Below are positions 18,369-44,068 of a stretch of 64,000 nucleotides of DNA, piece by piece. The translations under genes were made by a program, and so were the position numbers. The first letter of the stretch is position 1; each line of letters opens with the position of its first letter. The notes below the pieces were generated by a model. That model saw only the letters and a program-made list of their open reading frames with translations. It was not told the DNA's origin and made no database searches. This DNA comes from an uncultured delta proteobacterium (GTDB lineage Bacteria > Desulfobacterota > Desulfobacteria > Desulfobacterales > Desulfatirhabdiaceae), in the NCBI GenBank assembly GCA_963789395.1, contig CAWBKP010000015.1, forward strand, positions 64,001 to 128,000, in the 5' to 3' direction.

Positions 18369-20233
18369 ATGATCTCTGATATATCCCGAAAACCGGCGTC
18401 TGGTTTCAGCAGCGTCATTTTACGTGTCAATTTAACCAGCGCAACCATATCCAGGGAGGACCTGGATCCCCGGGTCGCCAGGGACTATATCGGCGGAAGG
18501 GGCTTGGGAATATATTTTTTACTTAAGGAAGTCAATCCGCGCTGCGATCCGCTGGGTTCTGACAACAAAATGATCCTTGCCTGCGGCCCCCTGACCGGTA
18601 CCCTGGCGCCAACCGGGGCCCGATACATGGTTACTACCAAATCCCCATTGACCGGCGCCATCACCTGCGCCAATTCCGGTGGAAACTTTCCGGCTGAACT
18701 CAGAAAATCAGGCTGCAATGCCATTATTCTTGAGGGGAAATCTTCAAAACCGGTGTATCTCTGGATAAACGGAGATAAGGCTGAACTGAGGCCCGCAGCG
18801 CATATCTGGGGGAAAACCACCCATGAAGCCGATGATATTTTAAAATCGGAAACCGACGAAAAAGCCAAAACATCGGTGATCGGCCCTGCCGGAGAGAATC
18901 TGTCGCTGATCGCATCCATCATGAATGACAGAGACAGAGCTGCCGGGCGCGGGGGCGTCGGTGCGGTGATGGGCAGCAAAAACCTCAAAGGCATCGTGGT
19001 CCGCGGCAAATTCGATGTTCCTCTGGCGGATCCAGTCGCTTTCAAGGCTGTCAGCAATCGATACCGGGATAAATTCAAAGAGGCCACCCGCGTGACCCCC
19101 CGGCATTGAGGGTTCACGGAACCGCCATAACGGTTGTTGGCACTCAGAATTTCGGCGTCTTCCCCACGCACAATTTCCAGCAGGGAACCTTTGACGGGTG
19201 GGAAGCCATTTACGGGGAAACGCTCACCAAAAAATATCTGATCAAGGCAAGACCCTGTTTCAGCTGTCCCATTGCCTGCGGGCGGGTCACCCGCATTCCG
19301 GACGGCCCCTATCAGGGCGAGGGGGAAGGGCCGGAGTATGAAACGGTTTATGCCCTGGGATCAGACTGCGGGGTCAGCGACCTGGCGGCACTGACAAAGG
19401 CCAATTACCTCTGCAATGAATTGGGGCTGGATACCATCAGCATGGGATCCGCCATAGCCTGCGCCATGGAACTGTCTGAAAAAGGATTTCTGCCGGTTGC
19501 CGATATCGGGCGCTCTCTGGCTTGGGGAGATGGAGATGCCGTGGTGTCTCTGGTTCGCCAGACCGCATATCGGGAAGGTTTTGGTGATGTCCTGGCAGAT
19601 GGCAGCCTGAGACTGGCCTCCCGATACGGCCATCCGGAACTGGCCATGGTATCCAAGGGCATGGATTTTGCCGGCTATGATCCCCGGGGCGTGCAAGGAT
19701 TGGGGCTGAATTATGCCACATCTCCCATCGGCGCCTCCCACATGCGCGGAGATACGGCATACTGCGAGCTTCTCGGCGTTCCCTACCCCGTGGATCCCCA
19801 TTCCTGGGAAGATAAATCCGAGATGGTCGCAAGATGGCAGAATATTTTTGCCATCATTGACGCTGCCGGCCTTTGCGTGTTTTTTACAGTCCGGTATCTG
19901 GTGGAACCCACCCTGAACCTTCGTCCCACTGGCATTATGGAACTTTTAAACGCCGCCACCGGCGCCGATTATACCCTGGAAGAGCTTGAAATGGCCGGAG
20001 AGCGTATTTTTAATGCCGAACGGCTGTTTATCAACCGGGCCGGATTTGACCGAAAGCAGGACACCCTCCCGCCGCGGATGACCGCCGAGCCCATGCCTGC
20101 CGGCCCCTCAAAAGGGAAAGTCTGTCATCTGGAAGAAATGCTGGATCCCTACTACCGGTTCAGGGGCTGGACACCAGATGGCATCCCCACCGCTGGAAAA
20201 TTAGCTGAGCTGGGGCTGGCACAGATCGGTTAA
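18369..20233 (+). CDS. aor: Aldehyde:ferredoxin oxidoreductase (tungstopterin), split by one frameshift near 19100
   Basis: GGRGLG, KSPLTG and GRGGVGAVMGSKNLK in the first frame; PCFSCPIAC, GPEYET, LGLDTIS and YDPRG in the second. The frames join at a C6 run (19096-19101); probable sequencing error. Confidence 0.85.
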
Positions 20234-21110
20234 CGCATCTTTCAGCTCAGGGAACCTGAAGACAAAGCCTGAAGCAATCAGTTTTTCAGGAATCACGCGC
20301 TGGCTGGCCAGGAGCGTTTCGGCAAATTCACCTAAAATGAGCCGAAGCGCAAATGACGGCGCAGGAAGAACCGCCGGTCTGCCAAGTACGGCTCCGAGGG
20401 TCCTGGCCAGCTCCCCGCTGGTAACCGGGTTCGGCGAGCAAAGATTCACCGCCCCCTGAATGGTCGCATTTTCCAGCATAAACATCAGGCCGGCCAGAAG
20501 GTCCGCGATGTGTATCCAGGAAAACCATTGCCGGCCGCTTCCCATCGGTCCGCCGACACCCCACTTAAATGGCGTAATCATCTGCTTCAGCGCGCCGCCG
20601 GATCTGCCCATCACCACGCCAAAGCGCGCAGCAACAACCCGGACATTCTTTTTCTCCGCCTCAAACGCCTCGTGTTCCCAGTCTTTTCCCAACCGGGACA
20701 AAAAATCCCTGCCGCATGGCTCAGCTTCGGTAAGAATGTCATCCCCCCTGCTGCCATAATAGCCGACCGCAGACGTGCTGATCAGGATCTGAGGCCGATC
20801 GCCTGTCATTCCCTCAACGACATGGCGGGTGGTAAGAATGCGGCTGTCGTAAATCTGCTGCTTGTAGGCACGCGTCCAGCGCTGAAAAATGGACATTCCC
20901 GCCAGATTGATCACCGCATCCACATCCTTCAACGCATGCTGCCAGGAACCTTTTTGCGTCGTATCCGCAGAAATCGCATGAAAACGCCCAGAACGTGATG
21001 GCAGGTGCCGATGAGCGCCCGATAACGGTGACTTCATGCTCGTCTTGCAGCAACTGCTGTGTCAGAAAAGAACCGACAAATCCGGTTCCGCCGGTTATCA
21101 GAAATTTCAT
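20201..21110 (-). CDS. TIGR01777/YfcH-family NAD-dependent epimerase-like protein (frameshifted near 21000)
   Basis: ITGGTGFVG start in one frame; VINLAG, SAVGYYG and SWIHIADL in another. Confidence 0.8.
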
Positions 21111-21235
21111 CCTGGCCCTCCTTTGATGATAAACAAAAAGAAGTGAGCAGATCGGAGTTCCATTTCAGACACCTGTGAGCCCTTTGTCTGAAAACAACCC
21201 GGCCCATCTCATACCGGCAGCTTCCTGCAGATGGG

Positions 21236-21954
21236 TTAACCGATATTGAATTTGCCGGATTCGATATACGGCGCATCTTCGACATCAATGGCATGTACAA
21301 TATCCTTGTTCAGCCTCAGCTTCATCTCCTGAATCACGGCCCGTTTCTTATTCACGGATTTGGCAAATGCCAGGGCCTGAGGCATCAGATCCTGCAAGGA
21401 ACAGGCCTGGGTAATGATATGATGCTGTTCGCACATCAGCGGCTGTCAGGCGATTTCCGGTATATTCCATTTCTTCGAGTTTATACATGGGAATGGCCTT
21501 TTTCAGCAGGGCATTCATCCCCGGCAAAAAAGGGATCCCCAGGTCCACTTCCGGAAAGCAGAAAAACCCCCTGTCCGAGCGCATGAACCGGAAATCGAAT
21601 GCACAGCACAGGATGGCGCCGCCTGCAAAGGCGTGGCCGCTGATCGCGGCAACAGTCACCAGAGGATAAGTGACGATGCGCTTAAATAATCGGTTCAACA
21701 GACAGAAAAAATACCTTTGCTCCCTGGACATCCCCTTTCTGAATGACCGGAACCAGCCACGCCAGATCAATGCCATTGGAAAAAATCTTTTCATGAGACG
21801 ATGTCACCACAAGCGTTGTGGCTTCGGTTTTACTTTCAATTTCATCCAGCACAGATAAAAAACTATCTAAAAAAGATGGATTAAAGTGATTCTCTCCGCT
21901 GTTCAGGGTGACAACCGCCACATGTCCATCCACAATATAGTCAATCACCGCCAT
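21236..21954 (-). CDS. Enoyl-CoA hydratase/isomerase family protein (two frameshifts)
   Basis: [18 protein letters not shown] and FCFPEVDLG motifs spread over three frames; GGAGGAGG RBS. Confidence 0.78.
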
Positions 21955-21984
21955 GATTTCCTCCTCCTAAAAAACATATTCAAT

Positions 21985-22000
21985 ACCAAGCGTTATGCCA
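21985..22000 (-). promoter_or_regulatory. Possible sigma54 promoter for the enoyl-CoA hydratase gene
   Basis: TGGCAT-N5-TTGGT; the -12 element has one mismatch to GC. Confidence 0.35.
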
Positions 22001-22086
22001 TATTGATAAAATAGATCCGAATTCGGTTTCCGTACTGCCGATAGTTCTGGTTTCCATTCATAAAAAGCTGCGTATGATCGCCAAGA

Positions 22087-23336
22087 TCATATCCTAAATA
22101 TGGTAATAAACTGGCTGGATGTGTCATCAAGATTAATGGTACAGCGGATCATCAGGTTCAGTTTTTCCCAGATTTGTGTTTCCTGATACTGCAGCATGAG
22201 ATAATTCTGCCGAAGAAGCCTCAATTTGGGATCCAGCGTGTGCAGCAGGGCCAATTTCGAAAGATCGCCTAACGGGTTAAGGATAATCGTAAAACCGGGA
22301 AGCCACCCGTCTGTATTGATAGTATGATTCAGCCTCTTCGCGGGAATATCCTGCACTGTTGAAAACATATTCCGCAGGTAACCGTCTGGCCGGATTCAAA
22401 GGTGTAGGATCCGCCCAACAACCATAACGCTTCAAGGGATGTTGAATCCTCTTTTGCAGCCACCATTCGAATAAATTCCAGGTCATTCGGCTGAAAATCC
22501 TTTTTTTCGGGATACAGTGCATTTGTGCCTGCGGAAAAACTTCCCTCGGTGTAGAGCATCAAGCCATCGGATACCGTCCATCCGCCAAAACCGCCAAGAT
22601 GAAACCGGTCATTTTCGGTGTAGGAACCGATCAGGCTGGCATATTTTCGAAACGCCGTGTAATCCATTTTCATCGCATAGGTGGGTTCGAATCCATACGG
22701 GAAAGTCTGTTCCCCTTTGCCGACATTGTCGATTAATCGAGAGGGTCCACGCCGGATTCATCACCCAGACCGTGCGCACAAAATCCATTCCTCTAACCTC
22801 CTGCCTGGGGTTGGATTGTCCGTTGTCCCTGAAAAACGGGTTGGATGGCGACAACAGATATGATGGCCCCCACTGAAGATTCTCCCTGCCATACGATACG
22901 AACCAGTTTTCATGGAGCCTGTAGCTGGCCAGCCATTCATTGACAAATATATCATCATCGGTTTTACTCTGTCCTTTCAGCGGACCATCCTCCCACTCCT
23001 GCCAGGTTTCGAAAAACCTGGGTTTAATGCTCAATTTAATATCTCGAAACGCCAGGGAAAAGTCCGGACGGAATTCACCTTTAAGGGCATAGCGGGGAAT
23101 CTGAAGAAAATCGTTATCGGGGATTTTGCGTTGAATCCAGGCTGAATTACCGAACCTGAAATCACGGTCTTAAACAGGTAGTTAAATCCTTCCGCCAATT
23201 CGCCTGTCCAGGCCGAATCAGCGGGTTGTTGTGTGTCTTCTAAAGCCGGAAGGGAGAGAATTCCGCTGAAAACGTCTTCAGGGGCCCCCAGATTCCGAAA
23301 ATCACCAGCAAAAACGTGATACTGAATGTATTCCAT
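22087..23336 (-). CDS. Putative outer-membrane beta-barrel protein, multiply frameshifted
   Basis: Consecutive fragments containing YGRENLQWGPSYLLSPSNPF...EVRGMDFVR and alternating aromatic strands; directly downstream of a LolA-like gene. Confidence 0.5.
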
Positions 23337-23367
23337 GAATTCACTGCAGAATTTGACTCCTGATTTT

Positions 23368-26231
<2,864 letters not shown>

Positions 26232-26252
26232 ATGAATAAAAGAAATAATCAA

Positions 26253-36780
<10,528 letters not shown>

Positions 36781-36790
36781 AATTTTTAAA

Positions 36791-37690
36791 ATTACATCAT
36801 CAGGAGATACGCCTGCATATTCAAGCGCATTTTTCATGGTTCTGGCCATCTGAATTCCCTCTGGTTCCGGGGCAATGATATTATATGCCTCAGATGTTGC
36901 GGCATATCCGGATATTACGGCATAAATTCGAGATTGCCTTTTCAGAGCATACTCGTATGGTTCAAGGAGTAGGGCACATGCGCCTTCGGAAACAACAAAT
37001 CCACTGCCGTTTTTATCAGAAAGGACTGGCTTGCTTTTTCAGGATGAGCGTTATTCTCTGAAATCGCCAGAATTTGATTAAAACCGATCAGTTTTTCCTT
37101 TAAGACCATCGTATCGACGCCAACGGCAAAGCAGGGAAAGCCGGTTTGCACCACATAGTCATATCCCAGCCCTACGGCAAATGCTCCAGATGAACAGGCT
37201 GTGGCGACATTATATGACGATCCTCTGAAACGCAAACTCCCTGCTGATTGTGGCGGCATGCGAATCCAGCATCTCCAGGTTTGGCGCCGCAACCCGATCC
37301 GCATCCTTGGATTTAAACATTACATTCATCGTTGTATACAGATCCCCCGGATCCAGTAACGACGCCCGTGAAGGAATTTTGAATCACTTTTCGTGAATTT
37401 CCTGAATCTTCCATCGCCAAATTTACAACGTACACAGCAAGCCTTATAGGGAATATCATTCGCTCAATCACGTCTGAAGAAACTCAAATGCTGTTCCTGC
37501 CTGAAAGTATTCAGGGGGAATTGCCCCTCCAATTTGTGTAAGAAATTCCTCGGTGCCTCAAATGGATTATTCTGTGAATTCCACATTTTCCTTCCACCAA
37601 ATTATTCCAAGATTCATTCAGCATGTATATCTCCAAGGGGGTAATCATACCAATGCCAGTTACCGCGACATGCTTACTTGAAGTGCTCAT
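36791..37690 (-). CDS. Beta-ketoacyl-ACP synthase (FabF/KAS II-like), frameshifted, 3' end lost in poly-T
   Basis: Starts MSTSSKHVAVTGIGMITPL; active-site loop NVATACSSGA; GYAATSEAYNIIAP...AGVSPDDV. Confidence 0.8.
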
Positions 37691-37818
37691 GGGTGTAACA
37701 TTCCGAAAATCTATGAAAGCATTGTGATAATCATTTTTTTTGCCTTAACCATCGAATAGGATATAAAAAATGATTTCGAGAAGGCAAATGATGGGACAAT
37801 GCGTTGCCATTTCATGGC

Positions 37819-38996
37819 TCAAGCAGGATAATCATATCGCTCAAACGTTATTTTCCATCGATGATAGATAGATTGATTTTATTTCAGGTGAAAATTCAAA
37901 TATATTTTTTCTATAATGACTGACTGATTGTCGATAAGATTTGAAGCATAAGGAAGCATGGCATCAAATCCATTGATCTCCCAAATGATCATATATCCGT
38001 TCTAAAGACTTCACCGTATCTTTTTCAATCTCTTCAAATTTTATTTCAAACAGATTTTTTTCCGGAATATTGTTTTTTTCATTGTGGTAATTTTGATAAA
38101 GTTGCTCAATATGTAGACAAAACCATCTCGCCAATATGTTCGTAACTTATGCGCTGCAGGAAAGAAAACGAAAATGCATCGCGCCACAAACGTATGTTTG
38201 AAGGAAACACATGATAGGGATGCCGTATGACATGAATGAATTTGGCATCTGGAAACATCTCAAGCAAAAGGTTGATCCTAACCGGTATGCGTTGGAGACT
38301 TCAACACGATTTGGCGATTCTCAAAAACAGTCAGCCGTTTGAGAAACCACAAAAATGACAGTTTCCATGCATCCCTGCGGGTTTCGGATAGCGCATGGGG
38401 ATATTGAAATCCCTCTTCTATGCCCAATGTTTTAGGAAACATGATTCGCTCATACGGGGACGATCCGGTTATGGCGGCCAACGCAAATTCATCCTCAGCA
38501 GGCTCCAGCATCCCGAATTTGACATTATCCATTGGCCGGGTATCCATAGCAATCACCTTCTTTCGGGTTTTTTGCCACCGTATCAACCAAGGGAGTAGAA
38601 AGGAATTGGCGAATAATGCCTGATAGGATCTCAAATAGTTAAACTGCGGATCCTTACATATCAGATTATGGAGATGTGTGGTGCCATTTCTCCAATGACC
38701 CAATATAAATATGGGTGAGCAATACAACGAGGTATTTTTTTTTATTCTTTCTGAAAATAAATAGTTTTCCCAGACTTTTAAAATTGAAAAAAGCGAGTCT
38801 GGTTAGAATTAGATGAAGCGCCTTGGCTCTGCAAGACGGAATCAATTCTCCAAAGGTGATGATTAAATAAACCGATAATTTTATGCAATGTAAAACCACG
38901 AATCAATTGAAAATTACGTTGCTTTGATCGTGATAATCGGTATTTGGGTTCAGGCAGTGATATGCCTGGAAATTGGTAATCATCCACCCTTGTCAC
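37819..38996 (-). CDS. PAPS-dependent sulfotransferase family protein, frameshifted
   Basis: PIFILGHWRNGTTHLHNL (5'-phosphosulfate loop), RPMDNV, LKSPTH, then FPDAKFIH in a shifted frame. Confidence 0.78.
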
Positions 38997-39110
38997 ATTT
39001 CTCTTACTCTGGTTTCGATGTTTTAGCTTCAGCTTTAAGGTAAAACAACATGTTTCAACACAGACATCTTTCGGGATAGAGCAACTGCCGAAAAAATCAA
39101 CTCAAAAATA

Positions 39111-39126
39111 AGCATGATTTATGCCA
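39111..39126 (-). promoter_or_regulatory. Putative sigma54 (-24/-12) promoter
   Basis: TGGCAT-AAATC-ATGCT with correct GG-N10-GC spacing, about 115 nt upstream of the sulfotransferase start. Confidence 0.55.
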
Positions 39127-39139
39127 GACAGAAACTAAA

Positions 39140-39343
39140 TTATTTCATTTTACAATCCTGATCCCATTCCGGACAGGCGGTTTTGATGTCCGTCGAGTAT
39201 TTCAGCATGCATTCGCCACATTCCAGATCAATATTCGGGACATCTCCATATCGTTCTTTAATTTCTTCCGGCGTCAGGACGGTCAACCCCGAACAGCCGC
39301 ATTTGGGACAGGATGATTGAATCGTATATCGTTTTTTTGACAT
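39140..39343 (-). CDS. Small Cys-rich hypothetical protein (67 aa, possible metal binding)
   Basis: AAGGA RBS; CPKCGC, CGEC and CPEWDQDC motifs. Confidence 0.7.
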   Translation of the reverse strand: MSKKRYTIQSSCPKCGCSGLTVLTPEEIKERYGDVPNIDLECGECMLKYSTDIKTACPEWDQDCKMK

Positions 39344-39504
39344 AATTGGGTTCCTTTCTGATGAAGTTGAAATGACTCACTGTAGAGTATTGTCAGAATT
39401 CAACTATTCAAATGTCAACATGAAATCGCTGTTATCAACCGCGAGCCGTATTCTCCGAACACTGCCGATCGGCTTCCATGAAATGCAGAGACTGATACCG
39501 CCTG

Positions 39505-41235
39505 TTACGGCTTCTGCTGCGGAGCAACTCCTTGCTGTATCTGCACAATTTTAATGACTACCAGCGTTACATCATCCTCTTTCTTTAGCGGGTAGCGAAA
39601 CCGCTCAAGAGCGCTCATGATATTATGAACAATTTCCGCGGCCGAAGATTCGGCGTGTTTTCTGATTATATCTTTCAGCCTGTCTTTTCCGAACATCTTC
39701 CCTTCGGAATTGTGTGTCTCCCAGATGCCATCCGTTCCGATGATCAAAATCTGTCCCGGAAGCACGTCTCTTTCGGACTGGAGATAGGCCGCATCATCAA
39801 AAACGCCAAGCGCCATACCCTTTCCCGTGAGTTCCTGAAACGCTCCGGTACGCAGATCGAAGAGAATGGCAGGTTCATGCCCAGCATTGACCCATCGCAG
39901 TTTGAGCGTCGCCCGATCCAGCTGACCATAAAACAGGGTCATGAACTGGCCGGAATCTTCAACATCCCGGGACAGCTGGCGGTTGACATCGCAAATCACC
40001 TGCGCAAGACTGCCGGGCATTGACGATCGCATCCGCAGCAGCGCCCTAGCCGTTGTCATGACCAGGGCCGAAGGGACGCCATGATCCGAAACATCACCGA
40101 CCACAACACTGAACCTATCCGGACTCGACAAATCCGGCACATAGATATCGAAATAATCCCCGCCCGTTTCATCACAATAACTGCAGGCGCAGGCCATATC
40201 TATGCCAGGTACCCGTGGAAGGGTTTTGGGCAGAAGATTCTGCTGAACCTCCATTGCCATGTTCAAAGACTGCTGTATCCGGGAGCGCTCTCTGAGAACA
40301 TCCACCATTTTATTGAAATTGTCCGCCATCGCACCCAGCTCATCATTGGACCTGACCTGAACCGAGGCCGTCAAATCGCCGTTTTCAACATCGATCATGG
40401 CTTTTTCTATATCCCGGATGGGGTCGACAATGCTGAGAGCAAACTGACGAGACAGCACGATCGAGGCGGATATGCCGATAACCACTAGAAAAGTCGTCAG
40501 GTTCAGCATGCTGTTCAAAACCGATGTCGGATCCATCAGCGGCATCAAGCGGGCCTTGTTGTAGGCCAAAAGCGCCATAAGCCCCAACGGCAAAACGCCG
40601 GTCAAGAAAAATGTGATCAGCATCCGAATCCTCAGTTTTAGCTGGTACGCGTCCGGCGTTTTTACCATGTCGCCATCCGGGAAAAAATAGGGACGGATCT
40701 TTCGGCAGAGCGTTTCCATTGAAAATAGAATGACGGCACTGGTCACAAGACCGGCAATGGCGGTTCCGCCGAAAACGCGCGCCGCCTGCTTCATGCCGTC
40801 TGAAAGCGCTTCTCCTGCCGGATGGGCCGACAGCCTGAACAGCGCCATCAACAGGGAGGCAACCCCCCACATCAGCAGTGAAATACCGGCAGAGATAAAC
40901 GGCAGATTCAATATCTGGCGTTGGGCTTTTTTTCGCAGGTCCAATGGCGCATCCTGTCCCTGACGGATGATATGAATGTACTCCATGAGACTTTTTTTCC
41001 AGCGGTATTGATATTGCATGCCGATTAAGATCAACAAAATGGTGACAACTATCGGGATGACAAAGGCATTGTACAGGACGGGAAGCTCTCCTGTCGGCTC
41101 AAAATGATAAAAATAGAAAATGCAGATTCCAGCACCGATGGCGTTGGCTGTAACAAGAAGAATGGTGAAGCTGCGCCATTCGCAGTCATCAAAAGACGAA
41201 ATGTCAGCAGCGGCGGATGATAAGTTTTCAGTCAT
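39505..41235 (-). CDS. Membrane HAMP-domain SpoIIE/RsbU-type PP2C phosphatase
   Basis: Several TM helices, HAMP (NDELGAMADNFNKM), GGDYFD, GDVSDHGVPSAL, NAGH, TDGIWE and DDVTLVV motifs. Confidence 0.92.
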   Translation of the reverse strand: MTENLSSAAADISSFDDCEWRSFTILLVTANAIGAGICIFYFYHFEPTGELPVLYNAFVIPIVVTILLILIGMQYQYRWKKSLMEYIHIIRQGQDAPLDLRKKAQRQILNLPFISAGISLLMWGVASLLMALFRLSAHPAGEALSDGMKQAARVFGGTAIAGLVTSAVILFSMETLCRKIRPYFFPDGDMVKTPDAYQLKLRIRMLITFFLTGVLPLGLMALLAYNKARLMPLMDPTSVLNSMLNLTTFLVVIGISASIVLSRQFALSIVDPIRDIEKAMIDVENGDLTASVQVRSNDELGAMADNFNKMVDVLRERSRIQQSLNMAMEVQQNLLPKTLPRVPGIDMACACSYCDETGGDYFDIYVPDLSSPDRFSVVVGDVSDHGVPSALVMTTARALLRMRSSMPGSLAQVICDVNRQLSRDVEDSGQFMTLFYGQLDRATLKLRWVNAGHEPAILFDLRTGAFQELTGKGMALGVFDDAAYLQSERDVLPGQILIIGTDGIWETHNSEGKMFGKDRLKDIIRKHAESSAAEIVHNIMSALERFRYPLKKEDDVTLVVIKIVQIQQGVAPQQKP

Positions 41236-41409
41236 GGAAACCTCACAGCAGAAAAAATATCCGGATGGGTATTTCAGTGGTACGGTTGCTTTCCAGACTA
41301 CCGTCACGTCAGAGTTGTGTCAACCCTTTGCAGGTGTTATGATGACAAGTTGTTAAGAGCCCTGGGAATTTGAAGCTGAATTATTGTCCCCCTTACACGA
41401 TCGCATTAT

Positions 41410-43986
41410 TTGGAGAAACAGTTTATGAGGAATTACTCCGGCAGCCGGACACATCAGAGATGCTGGCGCCGTAAATTTGCTTTGATTATGTTGACGTTTT
41501 CAATCCTGGTTGCCCCAGGCATCATCCTGAAGGGCGAAACGCTGGCCGCCCCTGAAAACCACAGCGCCAATCCAGCCGCACCCGTCACCGAAAATCACCG
41601 GACGGAAGATCTTTCGGCAATTGAAAATACCATCGATGCGGAAACACTGAGCAATGCGGAACTGAAAGCCAGTCTCGACCTGGCGGGAAAATACAAAAAA
41701 GCGTTGACCGCGGAAGCCGTGTATAACGTGCAGTTATCGGCTTATGGAAATATTCTCCTGCTGCCCCAGACCACCATAACGGATCTGGAAAACGCCAGAA
41801 TCGACACCCTGAATGCACGCGACACCATTGATGGCAAACTTAAGGAGATATCCGACAAAACAGGCCCCTTCAACCAAATGCTGAATCAAACCCGGGAACA
41901 GCTCAGCCTGAATGAAAGGCAATTGACGGATATCGGTGCGGCCGGCCCGGTTGACCCGGTGACAGGCGCTTTGAAAAAAAATCTTCAAACCCTGATTACC
42001 CTGTTGACCGCCAAACAAAACCGCCTTGAGAAAATTCTTGAAATCTATCAGCCCCTGAAACTGCAACTTGAAGAAACCCGAACCGCGCTATCCGATCTGT
42101 CGGAGAAACTCAGCCTTCAGATTACCGCGAAAAAGAAAGAAGCGCTCTTTAAGCGCGGCGTTTCGCCGCTTCTGGGGCTGAATATCATGCAGATTGAATC
42201 TGACATATCAACCATTTTCAACAAGATGTTGAAGCTGTTTTCCGCTGATTTCCGGACAGTTTTCACCACATCTTTCTGGGAATCCGCCGGACACAAATTA
42301 TTGACTGCTCTGGTTTTTTATATCGGCACACTATGGGGAATGCTGCGCGTCCGCAGGTTTTTACATGGCTACGAACAGAGCGGCAAGCTGATCAAGACAC
42401 CCTGGCGGCATCTGGCTTTCAGTATTTTCAGAAAAACCCTGCTGCTTGCCGGAACAACGGTGTTTGTTGCCGGATACATGTTTCTCCAGGCGGAATCGGC
42501 AGAAATCGCCAAGTGGAGAATCGCTCCGGATTTTCTGTGGCTCTGGCTTTTGACACAGTGGGGGCTTTCAGGTATTCGGACATGGAACCGGCTGCCATTA
42601 CCGGCAATCCCTTCACGGATCAGCCGGGGACTGGGTTTCGGACTTCGAAGCATCCGTTTATTCGGGATCCTGTATATGGGGCTGGAATGGCTTCTGGATG
42701 GAACCGGAAGCCTGCTGATTCTGGCACGGATGCTGTTTGGAATCGGCCTGCTGGCCGGTTATATCCATTTCTGGAAATCCGCGGAACCGCTTATTCCCGC
42801 GCTTTCCAACCGATTCCCCCAAATCCGTCCCATCGCGGTTAGAGCCGGATATGCGATTGCAGGACTCGGACCCGTGCTGGAGCTGATCGGCTATGGATAT
42901 CTGGCCATCTACTGGTACACATCCTGGGGTATTACCATCATCGCCTGTTTCTGGGGTGCAATCCTGATGATGTCGCTTCGCGAATGGCAGCAGGATCTTA
43001 AAGAACAACATGCACCCGATCGTTCCACCCTGCAATGGTTGACCATGAGAATGCTGTGTGCAATGTGGTTTCCGGTGTTTTTCATTGCCATGTTGATGGC
43101 CTGGGGTGGTAAGACTGCCGTGATCGCCGGTTTTTTCAAGATCATCAACTATCCGATTCCCATCGGAGATATGCAGTTCAGCCTTCTTGGATTTGCCTGC
43201 TCGGCCCTGATGCTGTTGCTCACCCACCTGTTCACCCACCTGTGGCGCAGCATTCTGCGGAAAAAAATCCTTTCTGGAAGCGGCATGGATACGGGGCTGA
43301 AAGACTCCATTACCAGCATCAGCATATATCTGATCTGGGCCATGGGCATCTTTTTATCGCTGCGGATGGTCGGGGTCAGCTCAACATCCCTCACCGTTGT
43401 TTTCGGCGCTCTCAGCATCGGACTCGGGTTCGGGCTTCAGAATATTTTCAACAACTTTATCAGCGGCATTATTCTGCTCTTCGAGCGGCCCATTCAGGTG
43501 GGAGATGCCGTGGAAATCAATGGGGTGTGGGGCGTTGTCCAGAAAATCAATGTCCGCTCAACCCTGGTGCAAACTTATGACAACGCCTCTTTGATCATTC
43601 CCAATTCGGAATTCATCAGTAACCAGGTCATCAACTGGAGTTTTAAGGACCACCGCATCCGCAGGGTCATCACCGTTGGCGTGGCCTACGGATCGGACAC
43701 CGTATTGGTATCCGCCATTCTCAAGGAGATTGCCGTAACCGCGCAGTGGGTTTTAAAAACGCCGGAACCCGATGTGCTGTTCTCCGATTTTGGAGACAGT
43801 GCGCTGATCTTCAAACTTCGCGTCTGGACCCTGGTTGACCAGATGGTAAAAGTGGAAACTCACATCCGGTTTGAAATTGAGCGGCTGTTTCGGAAACATC
43901 ATATCGAAATCCCTTTTCCACAGCGCGATGTTCACATCATCGGCGCTGATAACCCAAAGGATTCGAACCTTCAAAGCACGGCATGA
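41410..43986 (+). CDS. Large MscS/MscK-family mechanosensitive channel
   Basis: Extracytoplasmic coiled coil, many TM helices, GLGFGLQNIFNNFISG, IPNSEF and IPFPQRD motifs. Start is 41410 or 41425. Confidence 0.9.
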   Translation: MEKQFMRNYSGSRTHQRCWRRKFALIMLTFSILVAPGIILKGETLAAPENHSANPAAPVTENHRTEDLSAIENTIDAETLSNAELKASLDLAGKYKKALTAEAVYNVQLSAYGNILLLPQTTITDLENARIDTLNARDTIDGKLKEISDKTGPFNQMLNQTREQLSLNERQLTDIGAAGPVDPVTGALKKNLQTLITLLTAKQNRLEKILEIYQPLKLQLEETRTALSDLSEKLSLQITAKKKEALFKRGVSPLLGLNIMQIESDISTIFNKMLKLFSADFRTVFTTSFWESAGHKLLTALVFYIGTLWGMLRVRRFLHGYEQSGKLIKTPWRHLAFSIFRKTLLLAGTTVFVAGYMFLQAESAEIAKWRIAPDFLWLWLLTQWGLSGIRTWNRLPLPAIPSRISRGLGFGLRSIRLFGILYMGLEWLLDGTGSLLILARMLFGIGLLAGYIHFWKSAEPLIPALSNRFPQIRPIAVRAGYAIAGLGPVLELIGYGYLAIYWYTSWGITIIACFWGAILMMSLREWQQDLKEQHAPDRSTLQWLTMRMLCAMWFPVFFIAMLMAWGGKTAVIAGFFKIINYPIPIGDMQFSLLGFACSALMLLLTHLFTHLWRSILRKKILSGSGMDTGLKDSITSISIYLIWAMGIFLSLRMVGVSSTSLTVVFGALSIGLGFGLQNIFNNFISGIILLFERPIQVGDAVEINGVWGVVQKINVRSTLVQTYDNASLIIPNSEFISNQVINWSFKDHRIRRVITVGVAYGSDTVLVSAILKEIAVTAQWVLKTPEPDVLFSDFGDSALIFKLRVWTLVDQMVKVETHIRFEIERLFRKHHIEIPFPQRDVHIIGADNPKDSNLQSTA

Positions 43987-44068
43987 AAGCGGTCACAAAA
44001 AAGCCGCCGGACCCTGTCGTTTTTTGCCGGTCGCACCTTGACTTCAGATTGCGTTTTACAAAGGCGCC

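Noticed and set aside
19107..19109. TGA in AOR as selenocysteine or a natural two-subunit split
   Set aside because: The continuation is in a different frame and the break lies at a C6 run, so a simple indel explains it.
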